Part shown: positions 35,958 to 46,350 of the stretch, one piece after another | Layout: the number at the start of each line of letters is the position of its first letter | Numbering within the stretch: position 1 is the first letter of the stretch | NCBI GenBank assembly: GCA_026416955.1 | Contig: JAOAEE010000008.1 | Coordinates: 18,195 to 82,194 of the forward strand | Direction: 5' to 3' | Source of the DNA: Ignavibacteria bacterium | GTDB lineage: Bacteria; Bacteroidota; Ignavibacteria; Kapaibacteriales; UBA2268 | DNA length: 64,000 nt | Program-made: the position numbers and the translations under genes | The notes under the pieces: generated by a model | What the model was told of the DNA's origin: nothing | The model's database searches: none | What the model saw: the letters and a program-made list of their open reading frames with translations, nothing else

Positions 35958-38180
35958 ATGGTATTCGAAAAAATTGTCAAAAAGCACCAAGGTCAAGAAA
36001 AAAGTTTTGGGAAATTGTTTCTTCCCGATAAAATTTTTAGTAAAATCTTAATTAGTGTCCTTGCGGTTTTGATTTGCTCTGGATTTCATTTATTCAAATT
36101 TTATACTGAAGATGACATATCAACTTTTGCATTTCAAGAAGGCGGAATTTGGCCACATAGAACATTGATTGCAGAATACTCGTTTCCAATTTTTAAAAGC
36201 AAGGAACAGTACTTAAATGATTTGCAAAAAGCACGCGAAAATGTTTTGCCAGTTTTTTTAGAAAATAACAATGCTTATTATATTGTATTAAATAAATTTG
36301 ACTCTTTGTATAAAATAGTTTCTGAGGGGAATTTTTCTACCGATGTAGTTGATGATGTTCTTCCTAATTTTCAGTACAAAAGCGGGTTAGCGATATTTGC
36401 TTCCGAAAAGCAAAATGAAATTCAAAGGGCTAAACAATTTGTGGAACGACAGTTATTTTTCTTTTATTTAAAGGGTGTTATTGATTTGAGTTTAAAAAAC
36501 ATTAAGTCCCAAGAAGTTACTTTTGTTTCAGCAGTAAATAACTTAGAAAAAATTGTTCCCAAAAGATATCTTTATGATAAGGAAAAGTTGATTAGTGAAT
36601 TAAAATTCTCTTTAAAACCTACTTACAAAGATGAAGTTGTTGCCTTTTTTGTTGAACTAGTTAATCGTTCCTATGTTCCTTCGTATACCTTTTCCGACGA
36701 ACTATATCAAAGAAAAATTCAATTTGCTGAGAAATCTGTACCTAAAACTATTGGTTATGTTAAAGCCGGCGAGGTGATTGTTGCAAAAGGAAGAAAACTA
36801 ACAAGCGACGACGTATTGAAATTGAAATCTTATGAAAAAGTTAAGTTGTTGAAAGAAGGGCAATCTTTCACTTTCACTTCAATGCTCGGTTCTATTTTAA
36901 ATATTCTTTCTATTTATTCAATAATATTTATCTATCTTTTGATTTTGAGAAAAAGGATTTTTGGTGATTTTTTTCAATTTGGATTAATTAATATTGCTTT
37001 TATTTTAATTGGTCTTCTTTCTTGGCTTTCAGTAATAATTCAAACCGACTTACAAATAAAATATCTAATTATTCTTCCTTCGATTTCCTTATTAATTGCA
37101 ATAGTTTTTGATTCCCGAACTGCCTTTTACTCGACAATTACATTTGCATTGTTAATAGCATCTATTCGTGGCAACGATTTTGAAACGGCTGTATCATTAA
37201 TGCTTGCCAGTATCATTGGTGCATATTCTGTTAGGGATATTCAAAGTCGAACTCAAATGTTCCGCTCGATGGTGTTCGTTGCTCTTGGTTTTGTTGTTCC
37301 TATACTTGCTTTTTATTTCCAAAAGGCATCGAATGTTGGTTCTTTGTTCGAACAACTTAGTTTTGCTTTCCTTAATTCCGTACTGTCCCCTGTAATTTCA
37401 TATGGTTTATTATTTATTATAGAAAAAATTTCAAGCATTACGACTGACTTGAAACTTAAAGAATATGATGATATTAATCATCCATTACTTCAAAAATTGA
37501 GCGAAGTTGCACCTGGAACCTACCAACATACACTCTCAATGGCACTTCTTGCAGAGTCGTGTGCGGAAGCAATCGGCGCAAATCGATTGCTAACAAGAGT
37601 TGGTGCATATTTCCACGACATTGGAAAAATTTTCAAGCCAGAATATTTCGTTGAAAACCAAATTGAAGTTGAAAATAAGCACCAATATATTTCACCTAAA
37701 CGCAGCGCCGAAATTATCAGGGAGCATGTTCTAAAAGGGATTGATTTGGCAAAACAGTATAATCTTCCACCCAGAATAATTGATTTTATTCCAATGCATC
37801 ATGGTACCTCGCTAATTAAACATTTTTATGCAAAAGCAATTGAAGAATCCGACGGCACACCAATTGATGAAGCAGACTTTAGATACCCCGGACCAAAACC
37901 AAATTCGAAAGAAACTGTGATTGTTATGATTTGTGATTCCGCTGAAGCTTTATCGAGACTTCCTTTCAAAAGCAAAGAAGAATTGAACCAATCCATCGAA
38001 AAAATGATAATGGGAAAACTTATGGACGGTCAATTCGACGAGTCTGATATTTCGATGAAAGACTTAAAAGTTGTTCAGGAAGTTTGTTTACGCCAACTTT
38101 TTGGTATTCTTCATCCCAGAGTAGAATACAAAGAAATACCTCAAAATAGGGTATCGCACACAAATGACAAAAAAGAGTAA
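35958..38180 (+). CDS. 7TM-HD (HDIG) phosphohydrolase, PgpH-like cyclic-di-AMP phosphodiesterase
   Basis: Extracytoplasmic domain, 7 TM helices, APGTYQH, YFHDIGK, HHGT, FRYPGPKP, CDSAEA. Confidence 0.88.
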   Translation: MVFEKIVKKHQGQEKSFGKLFLPDKIFSKILISVLAVLICSGFHLFKFYTEDDISTFAFQEGGIWPHRTLIAEYSFPIFKSKEQYLNDLQKARENVLPVFLENNNAYYIVLNKFDSLYKIVSEGNFSTDVVDDVLPNFQYKSGLAIFASEKQNEIQRAKQFVERQLFFFYLKGVIDLSLKNIKSQEVTFVSAVNNLEKIVPKRYLYDKEKLISELKFSLKPTYKDEVVAFFVELVNRSYVPSYTFSDELYQRKIQFAEKSVPKTIGYVKAGEVIVAKGRKLTSDDVLKLKSYEKVKLLKEGQSFTFTSMLGSILNILSIYSIIFIYLLILRKRIFGDFFQFGLINIAFILIGLLSWLSVIIQTDLQIKYLIILPSISLLIAIVFDSRTAFYSTITFALLIASIRGNDFETAVSLMLASIIGAYSVRDIQSRTQMFRSMVFVALGFVVPILAFYFQKASNVGSLFEQLSFAFLNSVLSPVISYGLLFIIEKISSITTDLKLKEYDDINHPLLQKLSEVAPGTYQHTLSMALLAESCAEAIGANRLLTRVGAYFHDIGKIFKPEYFVENQIEVENKHQYISPKRSAEIIREHVLKGIDLAKQYNLPPRIIDFIPMHHGTSLIKHFYAKAIEESDGTPIDEADFRYPGPKPNSKETVIVMICDSAEALSRLPFKSKEELNQSIEKMIMGKLMDGQFDESDISMKDLKVVQEVCLRQLFGILHPRVEYKEIPQNRVSHTNDKKE

Positions 38181-39078
38181 ATATTTTAATGACTTACTTG
38201 ACGAATTTCTTTTCTTTCTTTCGGTAGAGAAAGGTTTGAGTAAAAACACAGTTGAATCTTATCGGTCCGATTTGGAAAAGTTTTTTCGATTTTCGATTGA
38301 TAGGAACATATCAGATTTTTCCTCTGTTGGTAAAGAAGTTTTGGAAGAGTATTTAAAAACAATTAATTCTGAGGGTATTTCGACAATTACCCAAGCAAGA
38401 TATCTTTCATCTTTGAGAAACTTCTTTAATTTTCTCAACTTGCAAGGTAAAATCAAATCGAACCCAGTCGAAAAAATTGATTCTCCGAAAATTAGAAGAA
38501 ATTTACCAGATGTATTGACAGTTGACGAGGTTTTCAAAATACTTGATTCAGTTCCAACGGAAAATTGCTTAGGAATAAGAGACAAGGCGATTTTGGAAAT
38601 ACTTTATGCTTGTGGACTTCGTGTTTCCGAATTGATTAATCTTAAACAAAGGGATATTTTTTTCGATGAGGGTTTTGCAAGAATTTGGGGCAAAGGTTAC
38701 AAAGAAAGAATTGTTCCAATTGGTAAATCTGCTTTGGAGTGGGTAAAATTGTATCAAAAGAAGTGTAGGCATTTATTAGTTAGGGACAATGCCGACACAA
38801 AAGATATTTTGTTTCTAAATTCACGTGGTGGAAAGTTTTCTAGAATGGGAATTTGGAAAATTATCCGCCACTATGCTTTAATTGTTGGACTTGACGAAAA
38901 GGTTCATCCCCATATTTTTCGGCATTCATTCGCTACACATCTTCTTGAAGGCGGCGCAGATATTCGCGTTGTTCAAGAAATGTTGGGACATTCTGACATT
39001 TCAACTACTCAAATTTACACTCATTTGACGAAAGAGTATTTAATCGAGGTTCACAGGACTTATCATCCAAGAGCATAG
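38164..39078 (+). CDS. xerD: Site-specific tyrosine recombinase XerD
   Basis: GLSKNTVESY, YACGLRVSEL, GKGYKERIVP, HPHIFRHSFATHLLEGGADIRVVQEMLGHSDISTTQIYTH. Confidence 0.92.
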   Translation: MTKKSKYFNDLLDEFLFFLSVEKGLSKNTVESYRSDLEKFFRFSIDRNISDFSSVGKEVLEEYLKTINSEGISTITQARYLSSLRNFFNFLNLQGKIKSNPVEKIDSPKIRRNLPDVLTVDEVFKILDSVPTENCLGIRDKAILEILYACGLRVSELINLKQRDIFFDEGFARIWGKGYKERIVPIGKSALEWVKLYQKKCRHLLVRDNADTKDILFLNSRGGKFSRMGIWKIIRHYALIVGLDEKVHPHIFRHSFATHLLEGGADIRVVQEMLGHSDISTTQIYTHLTKEYLIEVHRTYHPRA

Positions 39079-39086
39079 GTTGCAAT

Positions 39087-42000
39087 ATGGGTTTTGTTGT
39101 TTGCAATGAAACTTTTTTACAAAAATATCCAATAGTTTTTTTCGATGAGTTTGTTCAAAAAATTATTGAAGAATGGAATCCATCGGATTTCTATTTTGTT
39201 TCCGCTACAAATCAATTGGCTTGGAATTTCAAATTGACTTTTGCCGAAAATTATTTTCAAGCCATAAAAAAGCCACTTATTAATTTTACAATTTCCAATC
39301 CAGAGGGTTTTGTAAAGAGGTTTTTTGATGCATTGAAACCCAAAGGGATTGGAAAGGTTCTTTCTGATTCGTACAGATTTCTAGTTTTCAAAGAAGCATT
39401 CGATAGGGCTAAACTTAGTTTTTTCAAGCAAGAAAATCAAAGAACCTCTCTTTACGTTATTAAATGGCTTTCACAGATTATTTTTGGTTTAAAGGAAGAT
39501 GGAATAAATGTCGAAAATTTTGAAAGAGAGATATCACAAGAAAACGAGTCGATAATCAATCTACCAAAATTTCTTGATACTAAAGTTCTTTTCGAAGAAT
39601 ATCAAAGTTTGCTGAAGGAGAGCAATTTATTCGATATTGTTGATGCTACAATATTTTGTGCGAATTACCTAAATAACTATCTTCAAAAGGAAAGTTTAAT
39701 AAACCACAAACCCAAACTGCCAATTTTTTCAGAAAAGACCTTTTTGTTCTTTGGTTTCTACGATTTCAAAGTACCAGAAATTGAATTTATTACCTCGTTA
39801 TCGCGATATCAAAATCCCTTGGCAATATTTTTAGACTTCGATGAGACCAATGGACCTTTGTTCGGAAATTACAATGATTTGATTATTCAACTAAAAAGTC
39901 GGGGGTTTTTGTCGATAAGTCTTGAAAAGAATTCAAGCGAAAATAATACTAATTTTCTAAAAAAATATCTTTTCAATAATATTTTTGGAAAGTCGCGTGA
40001 AGAACTTGCAAAAAATATTCATATCTATGCAACTGAAAACAAGTTCAACGAAGTCAAACAAATAGCAAAGCTATGTAAGTATTTAATTTCAGTAGAAGGA
40101 TACAAACCATCGGAAATATGTATCACAACCAAAGAGCCACAAAGTTATGCATCATTGTTTAGGGAGGCTTTCAATGAAGCAAATGTCCCTGTAAACATAA
40201 TGGAACGCTACAAATTAAGTTCCTCCCCTTTAGTTATTTCAATTTTATCGGCATTGGATGTAGTTGCTCGTGGATTTCGCTTCAAAGATATTCGTAAGGT
40301 TTTGCTAAGTTTTTATTTCCGCTTCGGAAAGCTTGATTCCTCTGGAAAATTTATCCCAATTGACATAGAGAATTTTATCAATATTTCCACAAAGATGAAG
40401 TGTCTTGGTGGCAAAGAGTTAGGCGGAAAAAATTATTGGATTCGAAGGTTTAAAAATCGTATTAAAGTAGTCGAGGATAGAATTAACTTTTTAAAATCAG
40501 CGACTTATCCCGATTCGATGGAATTGTACTCTCTTGAGGAGGAAAAAAGACTTTTGGAGAAAGCAAATACTGATTTTATTACTTTGCTCGACTATTTCGA
40601 TTTTGACAAAGAAGAAATTACAATCGAAGAGTTTTACGATATTGTTTTTAACAAGATAATTCAAAGGTTTGGCATTTTTAGGATTTTAGAGGATGTTATA
40701 AACAATCTATTAAATACAATCGAAAAACTTGATAAATATGATAAAATTTCGAGGATTGAAGAGGTCGAAAAAGATAGTCGTGCATTAGCCAAGTTTTTGG
40801 AACTCCTTGAAGAATTTACATATATTACTTCAAAAAGGTTTCCCGGAAAGAGATATACTTTGACTGAGATTCTTGAACTTTTTAAAGTGGTTATTTTTGA
40901 AGAGAGATATCAAATTTCTAGGAAACCAGAATACGGGGTGACGGTTACTACGATTGAACAAACTCGCGGTATACCATATAAAGTGATTATTCTTTGTGGA
41001 GCAGTAGATGGAATTATCCCATTTCGATACTCTCCTGAAAGGTTTTTAGGTCGAACCTTGGGAAAAAGCGAAAAGCGACATTTCGAGAATGAAAGACTAG
41101 AGTTTTTCTTTTTTTTAACAAACAACCCAAGTTTGTTTAATGAAAATCAAAGAAAGACTTATATTTTCTATCCTAAACGAGACTCTAAGAAAGAATTTGT
41201 TCCTAGCCCTTTTATTTTTTCTTTACTCGATTTGCTTGGAAAAAAGAAGGAAGATGTATTAATTGATTTAACTCATAAGGAAATAAATCGATTTTCGGGA
41301 ATAGATTGGTTTTGGACAGTTGTTTCTAATGTTGAAAAAAATATCAAATTTTCTAAAGTTAATGAGAATTGGGAAGATAAGAATTTCTCGAATTATATTA
41401 CAAATCTTTATTTTCAAAAGATTCAATCAAATGCTCTGGATTTCGAGAAGTTAACAAAAAATACACAGGACTTTTTCAATACGATTACAAGTAAACCAAT
41501 ATCAATTACTTTTTTAGAGGAATACAATCGATGTCCCTTCCGTTTCTTTGTCAATAGAGTGTTGAATATTGAAGAACCTAAGGTTGATTTGGAAATTTTC
41601 CTTACCAATAGGGAAAAAGGGGAGTTGCTACATCTAATTGTTTCAAATTTTTACAAAAAATTGGCAGAAGAAAGCCTTAAGAGAAAAGATAATTTATTCA
41701 CTATACAAGTTAGGAATAGGACATATGTTCCCGTTTTGATTGATGAACAAAAAAGAAATGAATATTTCGAACTAATAGAAAAAATTACTAAAAGTATATT
41801 GGAAAGATATAATACAGAAATTAGTTTATTCGAAATTGATTTCGAGGAATTTTTTTCAAGTGAACCTCAAAGGATTGGTTTAGTTCAGCTTTGGTTAAAC
41901 TATGAGTTAAAACGCTCTCCTTGGGAACATTTTCCCACTTTCTTCGAGTTTAGTTTTGGTCTAGGTAATAAAGACTCTTATGAACCAATAGAGATTGAAC

Positions 42001-42521
42001 TTGAAAATGGGGAAATCATAAAACTAAAAGGAAAAATTGATAGGGTAGATTTATGCTTGACTGATGATGGCATAGAATTTTCTATAATTGATTACAAACT
42101 TTCTCGAAGTGAAGTTCCCTCCCCAATAGAAATTATTTTAGGGCTATCGTTTCAAATGCCCTTTTATGCTATGGCTTTTAAAGATTTTATTGAAAAAAAC
42201 TTAAAATACCAAGTTTATTCAATTAATTTGTTATATCAGATTTTTAATTTCAAACCAATAAAAGGTGAAGATAAAGATTCGTTAAATTTTGTCAAATTTT
42301 TTGTTAGCCAGAATTCAAAATTATCTGTTTATTTTACCAAAAGGAGACATTTTGTTAATGAAGTTATTGACGAAGCATTTTTTTATACTTTTAAAATCAA
42401 GGCACTTAACACAATAAATAATATTAAAAGAAAACTGGAATATCCAGTAAAACCAGCAAGTGAATACAGATTTTGCAAAAATTGTCAGTTTAAATCAATT
42501 TGTAAAAAGGAAATATACTAA
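39087..42521 (+). CDS. AddB-like PD-(D/E)XK nuclease/inactive helicase with Fe-S staple
   Basis: C-terminal EYNRCPFRFF, KGKIDRVD, IIDYK, FCKNCQFKSIC (four Fe-S cysteines); degenerate helicase body. Confidence 0.82.
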   Translation: MGFVVCNETFLQKYPIVFFDEFVQKIIEEWNPSDFYFVSATNQLAWNFKLTFAENYFQAIKKPLINFTISNPEGFVKRFFDALKPKGIGKVLSDSYRFLVFKEAFDRAKLSFFKQENQRTSLYVIKWLSQIIFGLKEDGINVENFEREISQENESIINLPKFLDTKVLFEEYQSLLKESNLFDIVDATIFCANYLNNYLQKESLINHKPKLPIFSEKTFLFFGFYDFKVPEIEFITSLSRYQNPLAIFLDFDETNGPLFGNYNDLIIQLKSRGFLSISLEKNSSENNTNFLKKYLFNNIFGKSREELAKNIHIYATENKFNEVKQIAKLCKYLISVEGYKPSEICITTKEPQSYASLFREAFNEANVPVNIMERYKLSSSPLVISILSALDVVARGFRFKDIRKVLLSFYFRFGKLDSSGKFIPIDIENFINISTKMKCLGGKELGGKNYWIRRFKNRIKVVEDRINFLKSATYPDSMELYSLEEEKRLLEKANTDFITLLDYFDFDKEEITIEEFYDIVFNKIIQRFGIFRILEDVINNLLNTIEKLDKYDKISRIEEVEKDSRALAKFLELLEEFTYITSKRFPGKRYTLTEILELFKVVIFEERYQISRKPEYGVTVTTIEQTRGIPYKVIILCGAVDGIIPFRYSPERFLGRTLGKSEKRHFENERLEFFFFLTNNPSLFNENQRKTYIFYPKRDSKKEFVPSPFIFSLLDLLGKKKEDVLIDLTHKEINRFSGIDWFWTVVSNVEKNIKFSKVNENWEDKNFSNYITNLYFQKIQSNALDFEKLTKNTQDFFNTITSKPISITFLEEYNRCPFRFFVNRVLNIEEPKVDLEIFLTNREKGELLHLIVSNFYKKLAEESLKRKDNLFTIQVRNRTYVPVLIDEQKRNEYFELIEKITKSILERYNTEISLFEIDFEEFFSSEPQRIGLVQLWLNYELKRSPWEHFPTFFEFSFGLGNKDSYEPIEIELENGEIIKLKGKIDRVDLCLTDDGIEFSIIDYKLSRSEVPSPIEIILGLSFQMPFYAMAFKDFIEKNLKYQVYSINLLYQIFNFKPIKGEDKDSLNFVKFFVSQNSKLSVYFTKRRHFVNEVIDEAFFYTFKIKALNTINNIKRKLEYPVKPASEYRFCKNCQFKSICKKEIY

Positions 42522-43106
42522 TTATTTGGAGTTTAATAATTTTTCTATTTCTTTTTCAATACTTTCTGGTGTTGTTTGCGGTGCGAAACGGTCGATTACA
42601 TTTCCATTCTTATCAATTAAGAATTTTGTAAAGTTCCATTTAATATCTTTGGTACCCATCAAACCGGGTTTGGCTTCTTTCAAAAATTTATACAAAGGAT
42701 GGGTATTAGGTCCGTTTACCTCAATCTTGTCGAATAGTCGGAAGGTTACGTTATAATTCGTTGAGCAAAAATTTTTTATTTCCTCATTTGTTCCAGGTTC
42801 TTGGTTTCCAAATTGATTGCAAGGAAATGCGAGTATTTCGAAACCCTTTTCTTTGTATTTTCGATATAGCTTCTCTAATCCTTCGTATTGCGGGGTAAAC
42901 CCACACTTGCTTGCTACGTTAACTATTAGTAGCACCTTACCTTTAAACTCTGTCAGTTTAACAGGTTTTTTGTCGATATCCGTTAGTGTAAGATTTAATG
43001 AATATATCGATTGATTCATTTCTTTACCTTCAAGTTGGTAAAACAAAATTGAGAATAATATAAAAAGAACGAAGTAATACATATTTTTGAACATTTTAGC
43101 CTCCAT
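42522..43106 (-). CDS. Glutathione peroxidase family protein (Cys-type)
   Basis: [32 protein letters not shown]. Confidence 0.95.
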   Translation of the reverse strand: MEAKMFKNMYYFVLFILFSILFYQLEGKEMNQSIYSLNLTLTDIDKKPVKLTEFKGKVLLIVNVASKCGFTPQYEGLEKLYRKYKEKGFEILAFPCNQFGNQEPGTNEEIKNFCSTNYNVTFRLFDKIEVNGPNTHPLYKFLKEAKPGLMGTKDIKWNFTKFLIDKNGNVIDRFAPQTTPESIEKEIEKLLNSK

Positions 43107-43190
43107 AAAAAAATAATAACGAAAAGTCTAAAAATAAATTTTTATTTTTTTCATAACAAAAGGAAAATGAATAACAATTTTGTAAATTCC

Positions 43191-43221
43191 AAAAAAAGAA
43201 CAAGGAGAATACTCCTTGTTC
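43191..43221 (-). terminator. Rho-independent terminator after the DUF1015 gene
   Basis: Minus strand GAACAAGGAG-TATT-CTCCTTGTTC followed by T7. Confidence 0.85.
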
Positions 43222-43246
43222 ATTGAATTAGCGAGAATAAAAAAAA

Positions 43247-44488
43247 TTAATCGAGAAAATGCACGAACAACCCGTCTTTTAATTTAGGTTCAAACCAAGT
43301 GGACTTTGGTGGCATAATTTTACCCGCGTCTGCTATTGACATAAGTTCATTAATAGATGTAGGAAACATTGCAAAAGCTACTGCCCATTCTCCTGAATTA
43401 ACCTTTCGCTCTAGCTCTTCTAGCCCTCTAATACCTCCTACAAAGTCAATTCGCTTTGATGTCCTTGGGTCATCAATTCCAAGAATTGGAGAAAGAATAT
43501 GATTTTGCAAGATTGAAATATCCAAACTCTCTACAGGGTCATTAGTTTGAAAATATTTTGGTTTTATTTCTAATTTATACCACTCTTTGTCGAGGTACAT
43601 TCCAATTTCCCCTTTTTTTGTTGGTTTAAAGCGGGTGCTTTTCTTCTCCAAGTCTACAACTTCCTTTAAGCGATTTAGGAAATCTTCTTTGGAGAGATTA
43701 TTTAAGTCCATTACAATACGGTTATAGTCCATAATCAAAAGATGACTTGCTGGGAAAAGAACTGCAAGAAAGTAATTATACTCTTCGTCTCCCTTGTGGT
43801 TTGGGTTAGCAAGTTGTCGTTCCCTTCCAACGATTGCTGCTGCAGCGGAACGATGGTGACCATCAGCAACATAGAAGTAATCAATTTCAGACAATAATTT
43901 TTGTATTTGGTTAATTTTTTCTTTGTCTGATACTATCCAAACCCTTTGTCTAACATTGTCTTCAGATATGAAATCGTAAACTGGATTATTTTGAATAATA
44001 CTTTCTACAATTTGATTAATTTCATAATTGTCTTTGTATGTTAGAAAAATGGGACCTGTATGAGCATTTGTAACTCGTACGTGATTGCATCTGTCTTCTT
44101 CTTTATCCTTGCGAGTTTTTTCGTGTTTTTTTATTTTATCGTTCCAATAGTCGTCAACTGAAGCACAACCAACAATTCCAATTTGTGTTCGTTCACCCAT
44201 TGTTTGGGACCAAATGTAAAAAAAAGGTTCTGGGTCTTGTACCAAAATCCCATCGTTAATTAATTTCATTAAATTTTCTCGCCCTTTTTCGTAGACTCTT
44301 GGGTCGTAAATATCAATTGAAGGGTCGAGGTCAATTTCCGGCTTCCCAACGTGAAGGAAGGATAAGGGATTGTCCTTAGCTTCCTCGCGAGCTTCTTCCG
44401 TCGAGAGTACATCATAAGGTTTTGCTGCAACTTTGTGTGCAAACTCTGGCTTTGGTCTGTAGGCTTTGAATGGTATGAAAATTGGCAT
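43247..44488 (-). CDS. DUF1015 family protein
   Basis: PYDV, HEKT, YVADGHHRSAAA, YNRIV, MPPKSTWFEPKL. Confidence 0.92.
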   Translation of the reverse strand: MPIFIPFKAYRPKPEFAHKVAAKPYDVLSTEEAREEAKDNPLSFLHVGKPEIDLDPSIDIYDPRVYEKGRENLMKLINDGILVQDPEPFFYIWSQTMGERTQIGIVGCASVDDYWNDKIKKHEKTRKDKEEDRCNHVRVTNAHTGPIFLTYKDNYEINQIVESIIQNNPVYDFISEDNVRQRVWIVSDKEKINQIQKLLSEIDYFYVADGHHRSAAAAIVGRERQLANPNHKGDEEYNYFLAVLFPASHLLIMDYNRIVMDLNNLSKEDFLNRLKEVVDLEKKSTRFKPTKKGEIGMYLDKEWYKLEIKPKYFQTNDPVESLDISILQNHILSPILGIDDPRTSKRIDFVGGIRGLEELERKVNSGEWAVAFAMFPTSINELMSIADAGKIMPPKSTWFEPKLKDGLFVHFLD

Positions 44489-44499
44489 ATTCCCTCCGA

Positions 44500-45414
44500 T
44501 TATTGATATTTAGCTAATGCATCGACGACTTTTTGTGCAATTTCTAGCCCAACGCGTTCTTGGGCTTCGACTGTTGAAGCACCAATATGTGGAGTAACAG
44601 AAACTCTTGGATGGTTAATTAGTTCTTTTTGTTCCTCAGTTGGTGGTTCATTTTCGAAAACATCGATTCCTGCGGCTCGTACAGTTCCATTGTTTAATGC
44701 TTCGAGCAAATCTTTTTCGGAAACAACTCCTCCACGTGCACAATTAATAATTACAACACCTTTTTTCATTTTCTCAAATTCTTGCTTTGCAATTGCTGGT
44801 GGCTCCCCTTTGACTTTGGGTAAGTGCAATGAAATTATGTCTGAACGTGTTAGTAACTCATCTTTAGAGACTAACTCTACATCTAAATCTGTTGAGGTAA
44901 CAAAAGGGTCGTAGGCAATTACCTTCATTTGAAGTCCAATTGCTCTTTTTGCTACTTCTTTTCCTATATTACCTAAACCTATAATTCCTAATGTTTTACC
45001 AGTTAATTCGAAACCTTCTGAATATTCCTTTTTGGGCCATTTTCCTTGTCGCATTTCGATATTACTTAAATTCAAGAAGCGCGCAACTGCAAACATATGG
45101 GCAATGGCAAGTTCAGCAACCGAAATGGAAGATGCTCCGGGGGTATTTAAAATTTCAATTCCTTTGGACTTTGCATAGGCGACGTCGATATTATCCAGTC
45201 CCACTCCCCCGCGTGCTATCACTTTTAAGTTTTTTCCGGCGTCGATAACTTCTTTTGTAACCTTTGTTGCAGAACGAACGATAATTGCATCGTATTCTCC
45301 AATTTTTTCTATCAGTTCATTTGGAGAAAGTTTTTGGATTGTTAAATCGTGACCAGCATTGCGAAGTATTTCTTCGCCTTTTTTGTCAATTCCATCAGTA
45401 ATGATAATTCTCAT
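44500..45414 (-). CDS. serA: D-3-phosphoglycerate dehydrogenase (short form without ACT domain)
   Basis: IVRSATKV, RGGVGLDNID, GLGNIGKEVA, INCARGG, DVFENEP, TPHIGAST. Start revised to ATG 45414 (GGAGG RBS; TAGTTTTG at 45443-45450). Confidence 0.88.
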   Translation of the reverse strand: MRIIITDGIDKKGEEILRNAGHDLTIQKLSPNELIEKIGEYDAIIVRSATKVTKEVIDAGKNLKVIARGGVGLDNIDVAYAKSKGIEILNTPGASSISVAELAIAHMFAVARFLNLSNIEMRQGKWPKKEYSEGFELTGKTLGIIGLGNIGKEVAKRAIGLQMKVIAYDPFVTSTDLDVELVSKDELLTRSDIISLHLPKVKGEPPAIAKQEFEKMKKGVVIINCARGGVVSEKDLLEALNNGTVRAAGIDVFENEPPTEEQKELINHPRVSVTPHIGASTVEAQERVGLEIAQKVVDALAKYQ

Positions 45415-45662
45415 TTTTCCTCCATAAGCAATTAAATGAAATACAAAACTAATAACCAATTAGTAAATAAACTAAAATAATATTGAAGCAAAAGAAAGAT
45501 TGTTGTAATTTTTGAAGAAAATTTGAAAGAAATTTATTACAATTTTTTCGATAATGTTTCTCAATTCAATTTCTGTAAAAAAGAGGCTTTTTCAATTCTG
45601 GTAAAGTCAAAAAATAAAAGAGTAAATTTTTTATTTTTGCTTTTATTTTATGTGAAACCGTT

Positions 45663-46343
45663 ATGTTCTATTTTGTTTTAGGAATTGTTTTAAGTTATCT
45701 TCTTGGTTCTTTTCCAACTGCAGTTGTGGTTAGTAAAGTGTTTTTTGGTTTCGATATTAGGACCCGGGGCAGTGGAAATATGGGAAGTACCAATGCTTTC
45801 CGTCAACTTGGGGTTTTTTGGGGAATTGTCGTCCAAATAGTTGATATACTTAAAGGTTTTATTCCCACTTTCTTTTTTCCAAAAGTAATAATTGATTATT
45901 TTGGGAAAAGTAGTGAATTATTTTGGGTAGATGAACTTGTTTTGATGTTTATTTTTGGTTTTTCTGCTATTGCTGGACATATTTGGTCAGTATTTGTTGG
46001 TTTCAAGGGTGGTAAAGGAATAAATACTGCCTTAGGTATGCTTCTTGCCATTTCACCACTCGAGGTTCTTATTTGTCTTGGTGTTTTCCTTCTTGCTTTC
46101 CTTAGTACAGGAATTGTTTCAATTGGTTCTATCCTTGCTTCCTTTGTGTATCCATTGGTCATTATTATTAGATATATGATACTTAATCACGAATATTCTA
46201 ATTTTCCGCTATTACTTATTTTTTCATTTTTGCTTTTTGTACTTATTTTATTTACCCATCGAGCGAATATCAGAAGAATTATTAATGGAACCGAGAATAA
46301 ATTCGAGCAATTTAAGATTTTCCGAATGAAGAAGAGGAAATAA
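45663..46343 (+). CDS. plsY: Glycerol-3-phosphate acyltransferase
   Basis: YLLGSFP, DIRTRGSGNMGSTN, DILKG, GHIWS, FKGGKG, HRANIRR. Confidence 0.96.
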   Translation: MFYFVLGIVLSYLLGSFPTAVVVSKVFFGFDIRTRGSGNMGSTNAFRQLGVFWGIVVQIVDILKGFIPTFFFPKVIIDYFGKSSELFWVDELVLMFIFGFSAIAGHIWSVFVGFKGGKGINTALGMLLAISPLEVLICLGVFLLAFLSTGIVSIGSILASFVYPLVIIIRYMILNHEYSNFPLLLIFSFLLFVLILFTHRANIRRIINGTENKFEQFKIFRMKKRK

Positions 46344-46350
46344 AACAACG

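Noticed and set aside
38164-39078. Tyrosine recombinase as the integrase of a mobile element
   Set aside because: The sequence is typical housekeeping XerD in a core-gene context; no att sites or cargo, and no dif-like site recognised in the window.
42522-43106. Selenocysteine glutathione peroxidase
   Set aside because: The active-site codon is Cys (ASKCG); there is no in-frame TGA.
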